Virus record (IMG/VR): IMGVR_UViG_3300043174_000026
Location: 1-36,059 of that record
Reading direction: 5' to 3' (one strand)
Length of the DNA: 36,059 bases
Origin: a virus
Lineage: Duplodnaviria > Caudoviricetes
Part shown: one piece after another, positions 26,410 through 33,593 of the stretch
Numbering within the stretch: position 1 is the stretch's first letter
Layout: every line of letters begins with the position of its first letter
The notes under the pieces: model-generated
Database searches by the model: none
Told to the model about the DNA's origin: nothing
Seen by the model: only the letters and a program-made list of their open reading frames with translations
Position numbers and translations under genes: made by a program

Positions 26410-27000
26410 ATGGGCGACAGCGAATTTCGAGAGTTCAACAAAATCCCGCGATTGAACCGGGATTGTATCATCACCGAGAAGATCGACGGCACGAACGCCC
26501 AGATTTTCATTGACGAGACGGGCCTCGTGCTTCGTGCGGGGAGTCGTTCCCGCTGGATCACACCAACGGAAGACAACCACGGATTTGCGAAGTGGGTCGA
26601 GGAGCACCGGGAGGAGTTACTCAAGCTCGGACCGGGACGACATTTCGGAGAGTGGTGGGGTTTTGGCATCAACCGGGGCTATGGTCTCACCAAGGGTGAC
26701 AAGCGGTTCTCCTTGTTTAATACGTCACGGTGGAAGACGATCTGCTCGGATGCCGAGGGACTAACTCCCCTGCCTGGATGCTGTGGAGTTGTGCCGATTC
26801 TCTATTCAGGACCGTTCACGACGAACGCGGTAGAGAATGCTGTCGCGGAACTCCGCGCAACAGGAAGTGTTGCGGCACCCGGATTCATGAAGCCAGAGGG
26901 TGTGGTGGTTTACCATGTCCACGGCAACTGTATGTTCAAGGTGACGCTGGAAAACGATGAGATTCCGAAGTCCGTGCTTGACAAGCAGCGGAAAGTGTGA
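26410..27000 (+). CDS. ATP-dependent RNA ligase (Rnl2-like adenylyltransferase domain)
   Basis: Motif I EKIDGTN, GSRSR, GEWWG, F.LF, motif IV PEGVV, motif V FK; GGAG RBS before ATG 26410. Confidence 0.88.
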   Translation: MGDSEFREFNKIPRLNRDCIITEKIDGTNAQIFIDETGLVLRAGSRSRWITPTEDNHGFAKWVEEHREELLKLGPGRHFGEWWGFGINRGYGLTKGDKRFSLFNTSRWKTICSDAEGLTPLPGCCGVVPILYSGPFTTNAVENAVAELRATGSVAAPGFMKPEGVVVYHVHGNCMFKVTLENDEIPKSVLDKQRKV

Positions 27001-27006
27001 GATACT
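26978..27006 (+). promoter_or_regulatory. sigma70-type promoter
   Basis: TTGACA-17 nt-GATACT just before tRNA-Pro. Confidence 0.65.
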
Positions 27007-27018
27007 GTTAATGTTCGT

Positions 27019-27096
27019 CGGGGAATAGCCTAGCCTGGCCAAGGCGCTTGCTTTGGGAGCAAGAGACCGGGGGTTCGAATCCCTCTTCCCCGACCA
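27019..27096 (+). tRNA. tRNA-Pro(TGG)
   Basis: CGGGGAA/TTCCCCG, CTTGC-TTTGGGA-GCAAG, ACCA. Confidence 0.93.
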
Positions 27097-27111
27097 TCCT
27101 TTGGGGTATTT

Positions 27112-27330
27112 ATGAAGTTGAAAGTGAGAAAGCAAGTGAGCGAATCGTCAAGTGCGAAGAGCGGTGGCATCGGATTCACGGGATTGTTGACGATTTTGTT
27201 CATCGGTCTCAAGCTGACTGGCTACATCGACTGGAGTTGGTGGTGGGTGCTGTCCCCGATCTGGATTAGCTTCCTGCTCGCTTTCGTCATCACCTTGGTC
27301 GCGGTGATCGTTCTTGCGTTGGAGAAGTAA
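27112..27330 (+). CDS. Small two-TM membrane protein
   Basis: GIGF.GLLTI.FI.LKL.G.IDWSWWWVLSPIWI, a widespread phage small membrane protein pattern. Confidence 0.8.
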   Translation: MKLKVRKQVSESSSAKSGGIGFTGLLTILFIGLKLTGYIDWSWWWVLSPIWISFLLAFVITLVAVIVLALEK

Positions 27331-27331
27331 C

Positions 27332-27619
27332 ATGCAGGAACAAGACGACAAACTCGTCTATGAGATTGTAGATAGCGAACGTCCGGAGAACAACGTCATC
27401 GTTGACCCGAATGCGGGCCCGGTTCCGGAGACCCCGGAGCAGATCGCAGCACGTCGGGAAGAGATGTACCAGCGAGCGGCCCATGCGGCTCGGATTCTCC
27501 TGGCCGAGAAGATCAACAAGCGTCGGGAGAAGGAAAATCTTCGGGCGCTCAAGGGACGAGTTGCCAAGCGTCGAAAGAGGGAAAAGCTAGCCAAGGCGTC
27601 CCGTAAGCGGAACCGGTGA
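27332..27619 (+). CDS. Hypothetical protein with basic C-terminus
   Basis: GGAG RBS; KRRKREKLAKASRKRNR tail. Confidence 0.65.
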   Translation: MQEQDDKLVYEIVDSERPENNVIVDPNAGPVPETPEQIAARREEMYQRAAHAARILLAEKINKRREKENLRALKGRVAKRRKREKLAKASRKRNR

Positions 27620-27661
27620 ACTTCGCGCATATATACCTATTGCGCGGCAGGCGATGCGAGT

Positions 27662-27739
27662 GCCCGGGTGACGGAATTTGGCATACGTGCGTGGCTTAGA
27701 ACCACGATTTTGCAGGTTCGACTCCTGTCCCGGGCACCA
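27662..27739 (+). tRNA. tRNA-Leu(TAG), short variable arm
   Basis: GCCCGGG/CCCGGGC, CGTGG-CTTAGAA-CCACG, ACCA. Confidence 0.9.
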
Positions 27740-27748
27740 ACTTTTTAC

Positions 27749-27777
27749 TTGACAGCGCGTGTGAAAAGAGTTATATT
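27749..27777 (+). promoter_or_regulatory. sigma70-type promoter upstream of the large structured RNA
   Basis: TTGACA-17 nt-TATATT. Confidence 0.75.
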
Positions 27778-27792
27778 GAATACTCAATCGCA

Positions 27793-27805
27793 CGCTCTTT
27801 GACAA
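27793..27805 (+). promoter_or_regulatory. boxA-like antitermination motif
   Basis: CGCTCTTTGACAA resembles rRNA/lambda boxA (YGCTCTTTAACA). Confidence 0.55.
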
Positions 27806-28134
27806 CTGAATAACAGGACCCTGGCAGAAAACCTCGTTCTACGGGGGTAATGCACTCACACAAAGGGGTGTGTGGGGTACATATGGGGGTGCCGAGGATA
27901 GCGTATCTGGAGGCTGTGACAGCGCAACCCTGACAAGTCACAGACGAGCGGATGGCTAGCTGGTAGCTATACTTTTAATAGCCTATCAGTAGACGGTAGG
28001 TCTGGGAGCTAATCTCCCCGTTCGTGTTGAAGTGCTGATTGCAACAGCATGGAGCGACGTTGCGTAATAATCTAGAGCACTCATGAAAGTTTCGGGATTG
28101 ATGTAGTTCCGAGGGTCCTGTTATTCAGTTGTCA
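27800..28134 (+). ncRNA. Large multi-stem structured RNA enclosed by a perfect 23-bp terminal stem
   Basis: TGACAACTGAATAACAGGACCCT (27800-27822) is the exact reverse complement of 28112-28134; no ORF of 60 aa or more inside; many internal stems. Confidence 0.7.
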
Positions 28135-28147
28135 CGCGGGGGAAAGC

Positions 28148-28825
28148 ATGACAAATAGAACAGACATCACGTTCATTCTGGATCGTAGCGGAAGCATGTG
28201 TTCCATGGCGAACGATGTGGTAGGTGGTTGGAAGTCGTTCATCGAGAAGCAGAAGACCGAGGTCGGCGAGTGCGTGTTGTCACTCGTTCAGTTTGACGAC
28301 CAGTATGAGACACCGTTCACCGCGGTACCGATCCAGAACGTGAGTCCGTCGCTTCACTTTGTGCCACGAGGTTCAACTGCGTTGCGTGACGCGATTGGGC
28401 GCACAATCAATGCCGTCGGAGCGCGTCTTCGGTCGCTTCCGGGGTCGGAGCGTCCTAACAAGGTCGCCATTGTAGTGATGACAGATGGAGAAGAGAACGC
28501 ATCGCGCGAGTTCTCACAGGCGCAGCTCAAGAGCATGGTGGAACACCAGACAAACAAATACGGCTGGGACTTCTTGTTCTTGGGAGCGAACATCGATTCG
28601 TTTGATGTGGGAACGTCCTACGGTGTGCAGCCGCGTTGGATTACCAACTACTCATACACGAGCGAGGGTATGAAGGCGGGACTGAATACGGTATCGTGCT
28701 ACACGTCCGTGCTGCGCACCGGCGGAACGTTGACCGGCACACTCGCGCAGGCGCAGGCAGTCAACGAGGCTGCCGAGAACGAGAACATCAACCGGAATCT
28801 CAACACGACTTCGGGAGCCGTATAA
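28148..28825 (+). CDS. von Willebrand factor A (MIDAS) domain protein
   Basis: ILDRSGSM, VQFD, PRGSTALRDAIG, MTDGEENAS.E, W.F.FLGAN. Confidence 0.92.
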   Translation: MTNRTDITFILDRSGSMCSMANDVVGGWKSFIEKQKTEVGECVLSLVQFDDQYETPFTAVPIQNVSPSLHFVPRGSTALRDAIGRTINAVGARLRSLPGSERPNKVAIVVMTDGEENASREFSQAQLKSMVEHQTNKYGWDFLFLGANIDSFDVGTSYGVQPRWITNYSYTSEGMKAGLNTVSCYTSVLRTGGTLTGTLAQAQAVNEAAENENINRNLNTTSGAV

Positions 28826-28828
28826 ATA
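28821..28828 (+). promoter_or_regulatory. T4-type late promoter TATAAATA upstream of the CAT-anticodon tRNAs
   Basis: Exact consensus overlapping the vWA stop codon. Confidence 0.55.
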
Positions 28829-28845
28829 CAGCACTGAAATTTTGT

Positions 28846-28920
28846 TGCTGGTTGGCCGAGCGATAAGGCAACGTCCTCATAAGGCGTCCTAGATGGGTTT
28901 GACTCCCATACCAGCGACCA
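28846..28920 (+). tRNA. tRNA-Met or Ile2 (CAT)
   Basis: TGCTGGT/ACCAGCG, ACGTC-CTCATAA-GGCGT, ACCA. Confidence 0.85.
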
Positions 28921-28925
28921 CGAAT

Positions 28926-29001
28926 CGCGGGAAGGTGAACGAGTGGACACGCTTGGCTCATAACCAAGACATGGCAGGCGCGACTCCTGCTCCCGCAACC
29001 A
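28926..29001 (+). tRNA. Initiator-like tRNA-fMet(CAT)
   Basis: CGCGGGA/TCCCGCA with C1:A72 mismatch, CTTGG-CTCATAA-CCAAG, ACCA. Confidence 0.85.
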
Positions 29002-29003
29002 AC

Positions 29004-29029
29004 TTGCCAGACACGCGCGTGTCTGGCAA
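29004..29029. repeat. Perfect 26-bp palindrome
   Basis: TTGCCAGACACGCGCGTGTCTGGCAA. Confidence 0.9.
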
Positions 29030-29128
29030 CACCACGAATATTCTCCACCTCTAACGGTGGCCGTGAACGTCACAGCGTTCTAGACACCCTGTGAATATCG
29101 GTATCTTCAAGTGGGGATATTCGTTTCC

Positions 29129-29206
29129 GGGCTTCTGAAGGGAACTGGCATACCTCGTTCGCTTAAAACGAATGGCATGTGGGTTCGACTCCCACGGAGC
29201 CCACCA
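29129..29206 (+). tRNA. tRNA-Leu(TAA), short variable arm
   Basis: GGGCTTC/GGAGCCC, GTTCG-CTTAAAA-CGAAT, ACCA. Confidence 0.88.
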
Positions 29207-29230
29207 TTCACTCTAATCAAAAGGAACCCA

Positions 29231-29320
29231 ATGTTTTTGGCACTCGCAATCGGTACGACGTTCGTTATCGGTACGGCTCTTGTCGTTTATTACAACCACA
29301 ACACTTACTCACGCGCCTAA
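29231..29320 (+). CDS. 29-aa membrane peptide
   Basis: AAGGA RBS; MFLALAIGTTFVIGTALVVYY. Confidence 0.5.
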   Translation: MFLALAIGTTFVIGTALVVYYNHNTYSRA

Positions 29321-29367
29321 CGAAACAGATACATACTCTTGAACCCGTTTTCATGAGGTGAAAGAGT

Positions 29368-30288
29368 ATGGCAATCCCTGTTCTCGTAGAATTCTTCAAT
29401 CGGCCGTGGACGAAAATCATTTCGTCTTACCTTCTTGTTTTGTTGATGGGAATCGGACTCGGGGTGTGGGGCACCAACAAGTGGCAGGAGCCTCCCAAGC
29501 CCGAAGTCCGAATCGTGGAGAACGTCAAGTATGTGGACGTTCCTGTTGAGAAGATCGTCACAAAGACAGTCACCAAGTATGTCCGCGACACAAAGGAAGT
29601 TACTCGCCTCTTGAATGAGGCTGCCGCGGCGGAACTCCGCATCGCAACACTGACGGAAACGATTGCGATGCTCAAGACCACGACTGTCGCGCCCCCGGAA
29701 GTCAAGACCGTATTTGTGACGACTCCTGGTGCTCCGGAGGCGCATTTCAAGGACTGGCGCCTGACGTTTGACGCGACAGCATCACAGACAACGTATCAAC
29801 TAGATCAGAAATTCGAAGCGATTGCTGCTATCGGAAAGGACAAGGACGGAAAGCCCGTCGTTAAGACCCGACTTTTTGAGATTGGTCCAGGTGAGACGCG
29901 CACGGAGATGTCGGACGCCAGCACGATTGTCGTGAGTGCGACTCCGAATCCGAAAAAATGGCGATTGTCGGGGAGTATTCAGGCGGGATTCGGAGGGTCC
30001 TACGATACAGGGGCAAAGAAGGGCGTCTCTGGTGGTGTGGTGGGACTCCAGTGGCTCAAACGAGGAACGAGTAAGGCTGCTGAGGACAACACGTTGTCAT
30101 TGCTGACTCCTGTGGCATTCATTTCTCCCGGAGTGATTGAGCCAGGATTGCTCCCTGCCTCGATAAACTTGGGAAGAATCCCGAAGCAGCCATTCAAGGA
30201 CCTGTGGGCGTCTCCGTTGATAGCATTCGGCAAAGCACCAAACGTCTCACCGACACGATTCGGTTTTGTCTTGACAGCGACGTTCTAA
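29368..30288 (+). CDS. Membrane-anchored coiled-coil protein (spanin-like or secreted)
   Basis: GAGGT RBS; N-terminal TM, VEKIVTKTVTKYV and helical stretch; ends GFVLTATF like an outer-membrane beta signal. Confidence 0.6.
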   Translation: MAIPVLVEFFNRPWTKIISSYLLVLLMGIGLGVWGTNKWQEPPKPEVRIVENVKYVDVPVEKIVTKTVTKYVRDTKEVTRLLNEAAAAELRIATLTETIAMLKTTTVAPPEVKTVFVTTPGAPEAHFKDWRLTFDATASQTTYQLDQKFEAIAAIGKDKDGKPVVKTRLFEIGPGETRTEMSDASTIVVSATPNPKKWRLSGSIQAGFGGSYDTGAKKGVSGGVVGLQWLKRGTSKAAEDNTLSLLTPVAFISPGVIEPGLLPASINLGRIPKQPFKDLWASPLIAFGKAPNVSPTRFGFVLTATF

Positions 30289-30299
30289 CGTGCTATACT
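30271..30299 (+). promoter_or_regulatory. sigma70-type promoter (likely leaderless mRNA)
   Basis: TTGACA-17 nt-TATACT, ATG 7 nt downstream. Confidence 0.75.
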
Positions 30300-30306
30300 G
30301 TTTGCC

Positions 30307-30705
30307 ATGAAGATCGGATTCACGGGAACGCAACAGGGAATGACGGAGCGACAGACAGAAAAGCTCGCGGACATCCTTTGGCAGAATCGTGATAAGGTCA
30401 CGGAGTTCCATCATGGGGATTGCATGGGCGCGGATTCCGAGGCGCATGAGGTCGCGGAAGCGGCGTTTGGTGCCAAGAAAATCTGGGTCCATCCGCCCGA
30501 TGACGCAAAGAAGCGGGCGTTTCGGGTGTCTTCACACGTAGCGCGTCCTCGCCCGTATCTGGAACGGAATCGGGCTATCGTGGATGCGTCCGACATGGTG
30601 ATTGCTGCTCCCAAGTCAATGACGGAAGAACTCCGGTCGGGAACTTGGGCAACTGTGCGCTACGCTCGTAAGACGGGTAAGCGTGTTTTGATTCTGGAGC
30701 CGTAG
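30307..30705 (+). CDS. SLOG (DprA/LOG-like Rossmann) family protein
   Basis: IGFTGT, HHGDC.GAD, RNR.IVD..D..IA.P, SGTWATVRYA. Confidence 0.8.
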   Translation: MKIGFTGTQQGMTERQTEKLADILWQNRDKVTEFHHGDCMGADSEAHEVAEAAFGAKKIWVHPPDDAKKRAFRVSSHVARPRPYLERNRAIVDASDMVIAAPKSMTEELRSGTWATVRYARKTGKRVLILEP

Positions 30706-30897
30706 ATGAGTGAACCAACGTTGATCGTGACGGGAATTAGTGGGGCGACGAAGATCGTCACCAAGCTGTATGGTCCGGTGTCCCCGGAACGTGCGGCACG
30801 CGCCAAGGCAGAAGCACAGCATCGCGCCGAGCAATTGAATCCGGACAAGATTCAGAAGCTCCGTGAGCGTGTGTTCTACGTGGAAGAGGACGAGTAA
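30706..30897 (+). CDS. Hypothetical protein
   Basis: Abuts upstream stop codon; GGAG RBS. Confidence 0.55.
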   Translation: MSEPTLIVTGISGATKIVTKLYGPVSPERAARAKAEAQHRAEQLNPDKIQKLRERVFYVEEDE

Positions 30898-30903
30898 GAT
30901 TTC

Positions 30904-30981
30904 CGGAGCGTGGCGGAACCTGGCATACGCAGCAGTCTCAAACACTGCCTTTTGAGGGTTCGACTCCCTCCGCTCCGACCA
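30904..30981 (+). tRNA. tRNA-Leu(CAA), short variable arm
   Basis: CGGAGCG/CGCTCCG, GCAGT-CTCAAAC-ACTGC, ACCA. Confidence 0.9.
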
Positions 30982-30995
30982 TCATCGAGGAAACC

Positions 30996-31532
30996 ATGCG
31001 CCGACTATTTTCGCTTGTAGTAATGTGCTTGTTCTGTGCGTCTCTCGCGAGCGCGGACCCAATCATCCTGACGTTCAATGCGTCGAATCCCTCGACTGGG
31101 CTGGAGGTCACATATCTCACGTTGACCTATACGGAGACAGAGGGAGGCGTATGGGTTTCAGGGCAGTTCGGTTTTAATCCCGATGATGCGACTGGCGATG
31201 AGTGGGCGGGGTGGACGTTTGATGGCGCGGGATTCCGGGGATTCGATCCGAGTCTGACATGGATCGGAAACGATGTATTCATGCCGAAGTATTCGTTTGC
31301 GAGTCTCGCGGGTCTGTGGGTGGATGCCCGTTGGTCGGGCCCGTGTCCGTTGTGTCCGCCACCCGGTCCTGTTATTGAGGAGCCCGAGGAGACACCATGT
31401 GAGATCGTGATTTCGCAGCAGTTTCCTCCGACACCCGTGCCTGAGCCTAGTGGAATATTGCTCATGGCAACGGGGTTGGGAGCGTTGGGACTCTTTAGGA
31501 GATTCGCCCGTGAGTCTAGAAAAAGCGATTGA
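30996..31532 (+). CDS. PEP-CTERM sorting-signal surface protein
   Basis: Signal peptide ending ASA-D; C-terminal PVPEPSGILLMATGLGALGLFRR. Confidence 0.85.
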   Translation: MRRLFSLVVMCLFCASLASADPIILTFNASNPSTGLEVTYLTLTYTETEGGVWVSGQFGFNPDDATGDEWAGWTFDGAGFRGFDPSLTWIGNDVFMPKYSFASLAGLWVDARWSGPCPLCPPPGPVIEEPEETPCEIVISQQFPPTPVPEPSGILLMATGLGALGLFRRFARESRKSD

Positions 31533-31872
31533 GCACGGGAAGGAACATCGAAAGCCTTGGCGGCGTAGCGCACGTTTTGACCCTGCGTGTCGTCCTCACG
31601 GCGGATGCGGATACTGTGAGGGAAATCGCATGGTCCAGGTTCGCAAGATCCGGGAACGGGCCGCGGACGACTTGAAGAACGACAACCCAAAGCTTCCCCC
31701 GCAATTTGATGGGGAGTTACAGGTAGACGTTGCCAGTCGCGTTCACATGACGGACCAGGAGTATGATGACTTCCTGACCTATAAGTATGGTGACGACCCG
31801 GAGTGTGATGACTTCCGGCCCTATACGTATGGTGAGGATTGGCTTTATGGATATGAACCGGACTACGACTGA
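31510..31872 (+). CDS. Conserved phage protein with Cys/His cluster and acidic tandem repeat
   Basis: AGGAG RBS before GTG 31510; KAIEHGKEHRKP...D..CR.HGGC.YC..NR. Confidence 0.72.
   Translation: MSLEKAIEHGKEHRKPWRRSARFDPACRPHGGCGYCEGNRMVQVRKIRERAADDLKNDNPKLPPQFDGELQVDVASRVHMTDQEYDDFLTYKYGDDPECDDFRPYTYGEDWLYGYEPDYD
31759..31839 (+). repeat. Imperfect 42-nt tandem repeat
   Basis: GAGTATGATGACTTCCTGACCTATAAGTATGGTGAC vs GAGTGTGATGACTTCCGGCCCTATACGTATGGTGAG. Confidence 0.75.
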
Positions 31873-32390
31873 TGGCTCGCAAACGCATTCGCTGTTTTGC
31901 TGATTTCCCGTTCGCACAGTATCCGGATGCTCGGGTGCCGTGGGATGATGTGTATCTCCGTTGGAAGGGTAAGCCCGGGCGCACTGTCTATCGTGCTGCG
32001 CCGTGTCTGGAGTGTGACGCGGAACTGAAGGTTGAACTCAAGATCCATGAGGATATCCGGAATCGTGAGGATACGGACGAGGTGAACGTGCTGGACTCTC
32101 TCCGCCCAGCGCGAACGACGACGAAGGAAGAACGCCAATCTTGGTACCGTGACGAGGACGCAACGTATCAGCGGGTCCTCAAAGACCTTGAGACAGTGAA
32201 CTACGCGGAATCTGGTGAGGGCGCTGGGCTGTGCCTCTACACCAAGGCAGCGGGCATCAACAAGCACGAAGCGGAACGGATGCTTGCGTGGTGGCTAAAT
32301 AAGACACACGGCATTCGGAATCCGAAGTTCGTGTGGAACCGCCCCAAGATTATCGTGACGCCGATGGGATTCGGGGAGTATCCGGAATAA
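31872..32390 (+). CDS. Hypothetical protein
   Basis: TGATG coupling; 172 aa. Confidence 0.65.
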   Translation: MARKRIRCFADFPFAQYPDARVPWDDVYLRWKGKPGRTVYRAAPCLECDAELKVELKIHEDIRNREDTDEVNVLDSLRPARTTTKEERQSWYRDEDATYQRVLKDLETVNYAESGEGAGLCLYTKAAGINKHEAERMLAWWLNKTHGIRNPKFVWNRPKIIVTPMGFGEYPE

Positions 32391-32476
32391 TTCTGCGTAG
32401 AATAGGGACTTTAATCTACGCATCTCGGACTCGAAAATGACAGTTTCCTGCTACAATACTAGTAGGAGGTTACATC

Positions 32477-32680
32477 ATGGACGAACAGAAATTCGCAACG
32501 CTTAACAACTGGCAGATCACTTGGATGCTCATCAAAGCCCCGATCATGGGCGCGCTCTTTGTGATGTTCTTGCCCGTTATCGGATTCGTGATATTCGGAA
32601 AGTTCGGAGTAGACAAGGCAGTGGAAGTCATGAGGAAGAGATTCAAACACGGCGATAAGCACACTGCTGGCGTGGTCTAA
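32477..32680 (+). CDS. Small membrane protein
   Basis: AGGAGG RBS; APIMGALFVMFLPVIGF; stop lies inside tRNA-Arg. Confidence 0.65.
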   Translation: MDEQKFATLNNWQITWMLIKAPIMGALFVMFLPVIGFVIFGKFGVDKAVEVMRKRFKHGDKHTAGVV

Positions 32681-32742
32681 CGGACAAAGGCTCCCGGTTT
32701 CTACCCGGGTAGATGTGGGTTCAACTCCTGCCGCCAGCACCA
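32666..32742 (+). tRNA. tRNA-Arg(TCT)
   Basis: GCTGGCG/CGCCAGC, CCCGG-TTTCTAC-CCGGG, ACCA. Confidence 0.9.
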
Positions 32743-32744
32743 AC

Positions 32745-32820
32745 GGGTGCGAAGCTCATATGGATGAGCAGGCGGCTTTTAACCGTCAGGTAGGGAGTTC
32801 GAACCTCCCCGCACCCACCA
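32745..32820 (+). tRNA. tRNA-Lys(TTT)
   Basis: GGGTGCG/CGCACCC, GGCGG-CTTTTAA-CCGTC, ACCA. Confidence 0.92.
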
Positions 32821-32827
32821 TTACACT

Positions 32828-33253
32828 ATGAAGATTCCACTTGCGGTCTCCGAAGCGATGTTTCACCATGCGAATGTCAACCGGGATGATCTCCATCTTG
32901 CGTTGCGGCACATGGCACCATATTTCTTGAAGGGGGAATTCCGGAAAGCGTGGAGTGACGGAAATCCGACACGCTACTTTGACTATGTGGTGACGGAGTG
33001 GTTGGCGCATTTCCGAGCGCCAGCGGGTTCGTTCGCGTTCAGAGTTGCTGTTCCGGGACAGGACGCGAAACACTACTTCATGCGTTGGCCGGACGGGACG
33101 ATTGTGGACTTGACTGCCGAGCAGTTTTCCGAGTGGGAGTTGGTAGACTATGCGGAGTCTAAGAAAGCAAGTATGCCAGGCACTCCGACGAATCGAGCGA
33201 AAGTCCTAGACACGCTCTTACTCGCGCAACAGGGACTCCGAAGTTTGCCGTAA
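32828..33253 (+). CDS. Hypothetical protein
   Basis: HYF....G.IVDLTAEQF motif; 141 aa. Confidence 0.65.
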   Translation: MKIPLAVSEAMFHHANVNRDDLHLALRHMAPYFLKGEFRKAWSDGNPTRYFDYVVTEWLAHFRAPAGSFAFRVAVPGQDAKHYFMRWPDGTIVDLTAEQFSEWELVDYAESKKASMPGTPTNRAKVLDTLLLAQQGLRSLP

Positions 33254-33260
33254 ATAGTGC

Positions 33261-33289
33261 TTGACAAGCGGCATGGCATGTGTGATAAT
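33261..33289 (+). promoter_or_regulatory. sigma70-type promoter
   Basis: AAATAGTGC-TTGACA-17 nt-GATAAT; same upstream context as the 22439 promoter. Confidence 0.75.
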
Positions 33290-33313
33290 GGTTCTACGAT
33301 TTTGGGAGACACG

Positions 33314-33517
33314 ATGACTGAAACGAATGAAACGGTAACAACGGAACAGGGCACGGGCACGAAGTTCAAGGAAATGGGACTGTCAGAGTGTGCCAAGTTC
33401 GATATGAAGAACCGTGTGCGAGAGCACCTCACGGGCTGGGGACTCATCTGCAAGACGCGGTTTGAGAAGCACCAGTCTAAGCGGGGCGAGCGTCGTCGCG
33501 CACGGAAGGGCCGGTAA
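33314..33517 (+). CDS. Small basic hypothetical protein
   Basis: GGGAG RBS before ATG 33314. Confidence 0.6.
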   Translation: MTETNETVTTEQGTGTKFKEMGLSECAKFDMKNRVREHLTGWGLICKTRFEKHQSKRGERRRARKGR

Positions 33518-33518
33518 T

Positions 33519-33592
33519 GCGGCTGTAGCACAATGGTAGTGCAAGGCGTTGCCAACGCTTAGATGCGGGTTCGATCCCCGCCAGCCGCTCCA
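33519..33592 (+). tRNA. tRNA-Gly(GCC)
   Basis: GCGGCTG/CAGCCGC, AGGCG-TTGCCAA-CGCTT, TCCA. Confidence 0.94.
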
Positions 33593-33593
33593 C

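Noticed and set aside
27800-28134. RNase P RNA, tmRNA or group I intron identity for the large structured RNA
   Set aside because: No GAGGAAAGUCC or 3' P4 consensus, no Ala acceptor/T arm/CCA, no recognisable group I P7 core, and it does not interrupt a gene
27800-28134. Retron msr-msd (terminal inverted repeats) or MITE
   Set aside because: No reverse transcriptase or transposase in the window, no long msd hairpin and no target-site duplication seen; cannot be fully excluded without the rest of the genome
32394-32422. 8-bp inverted repeat TGCGTAGA/TCTACGCA as a distinct ncRNA
   Set aside because: A single short hairpin, most simply a terminator or operator; not enough evidence for more
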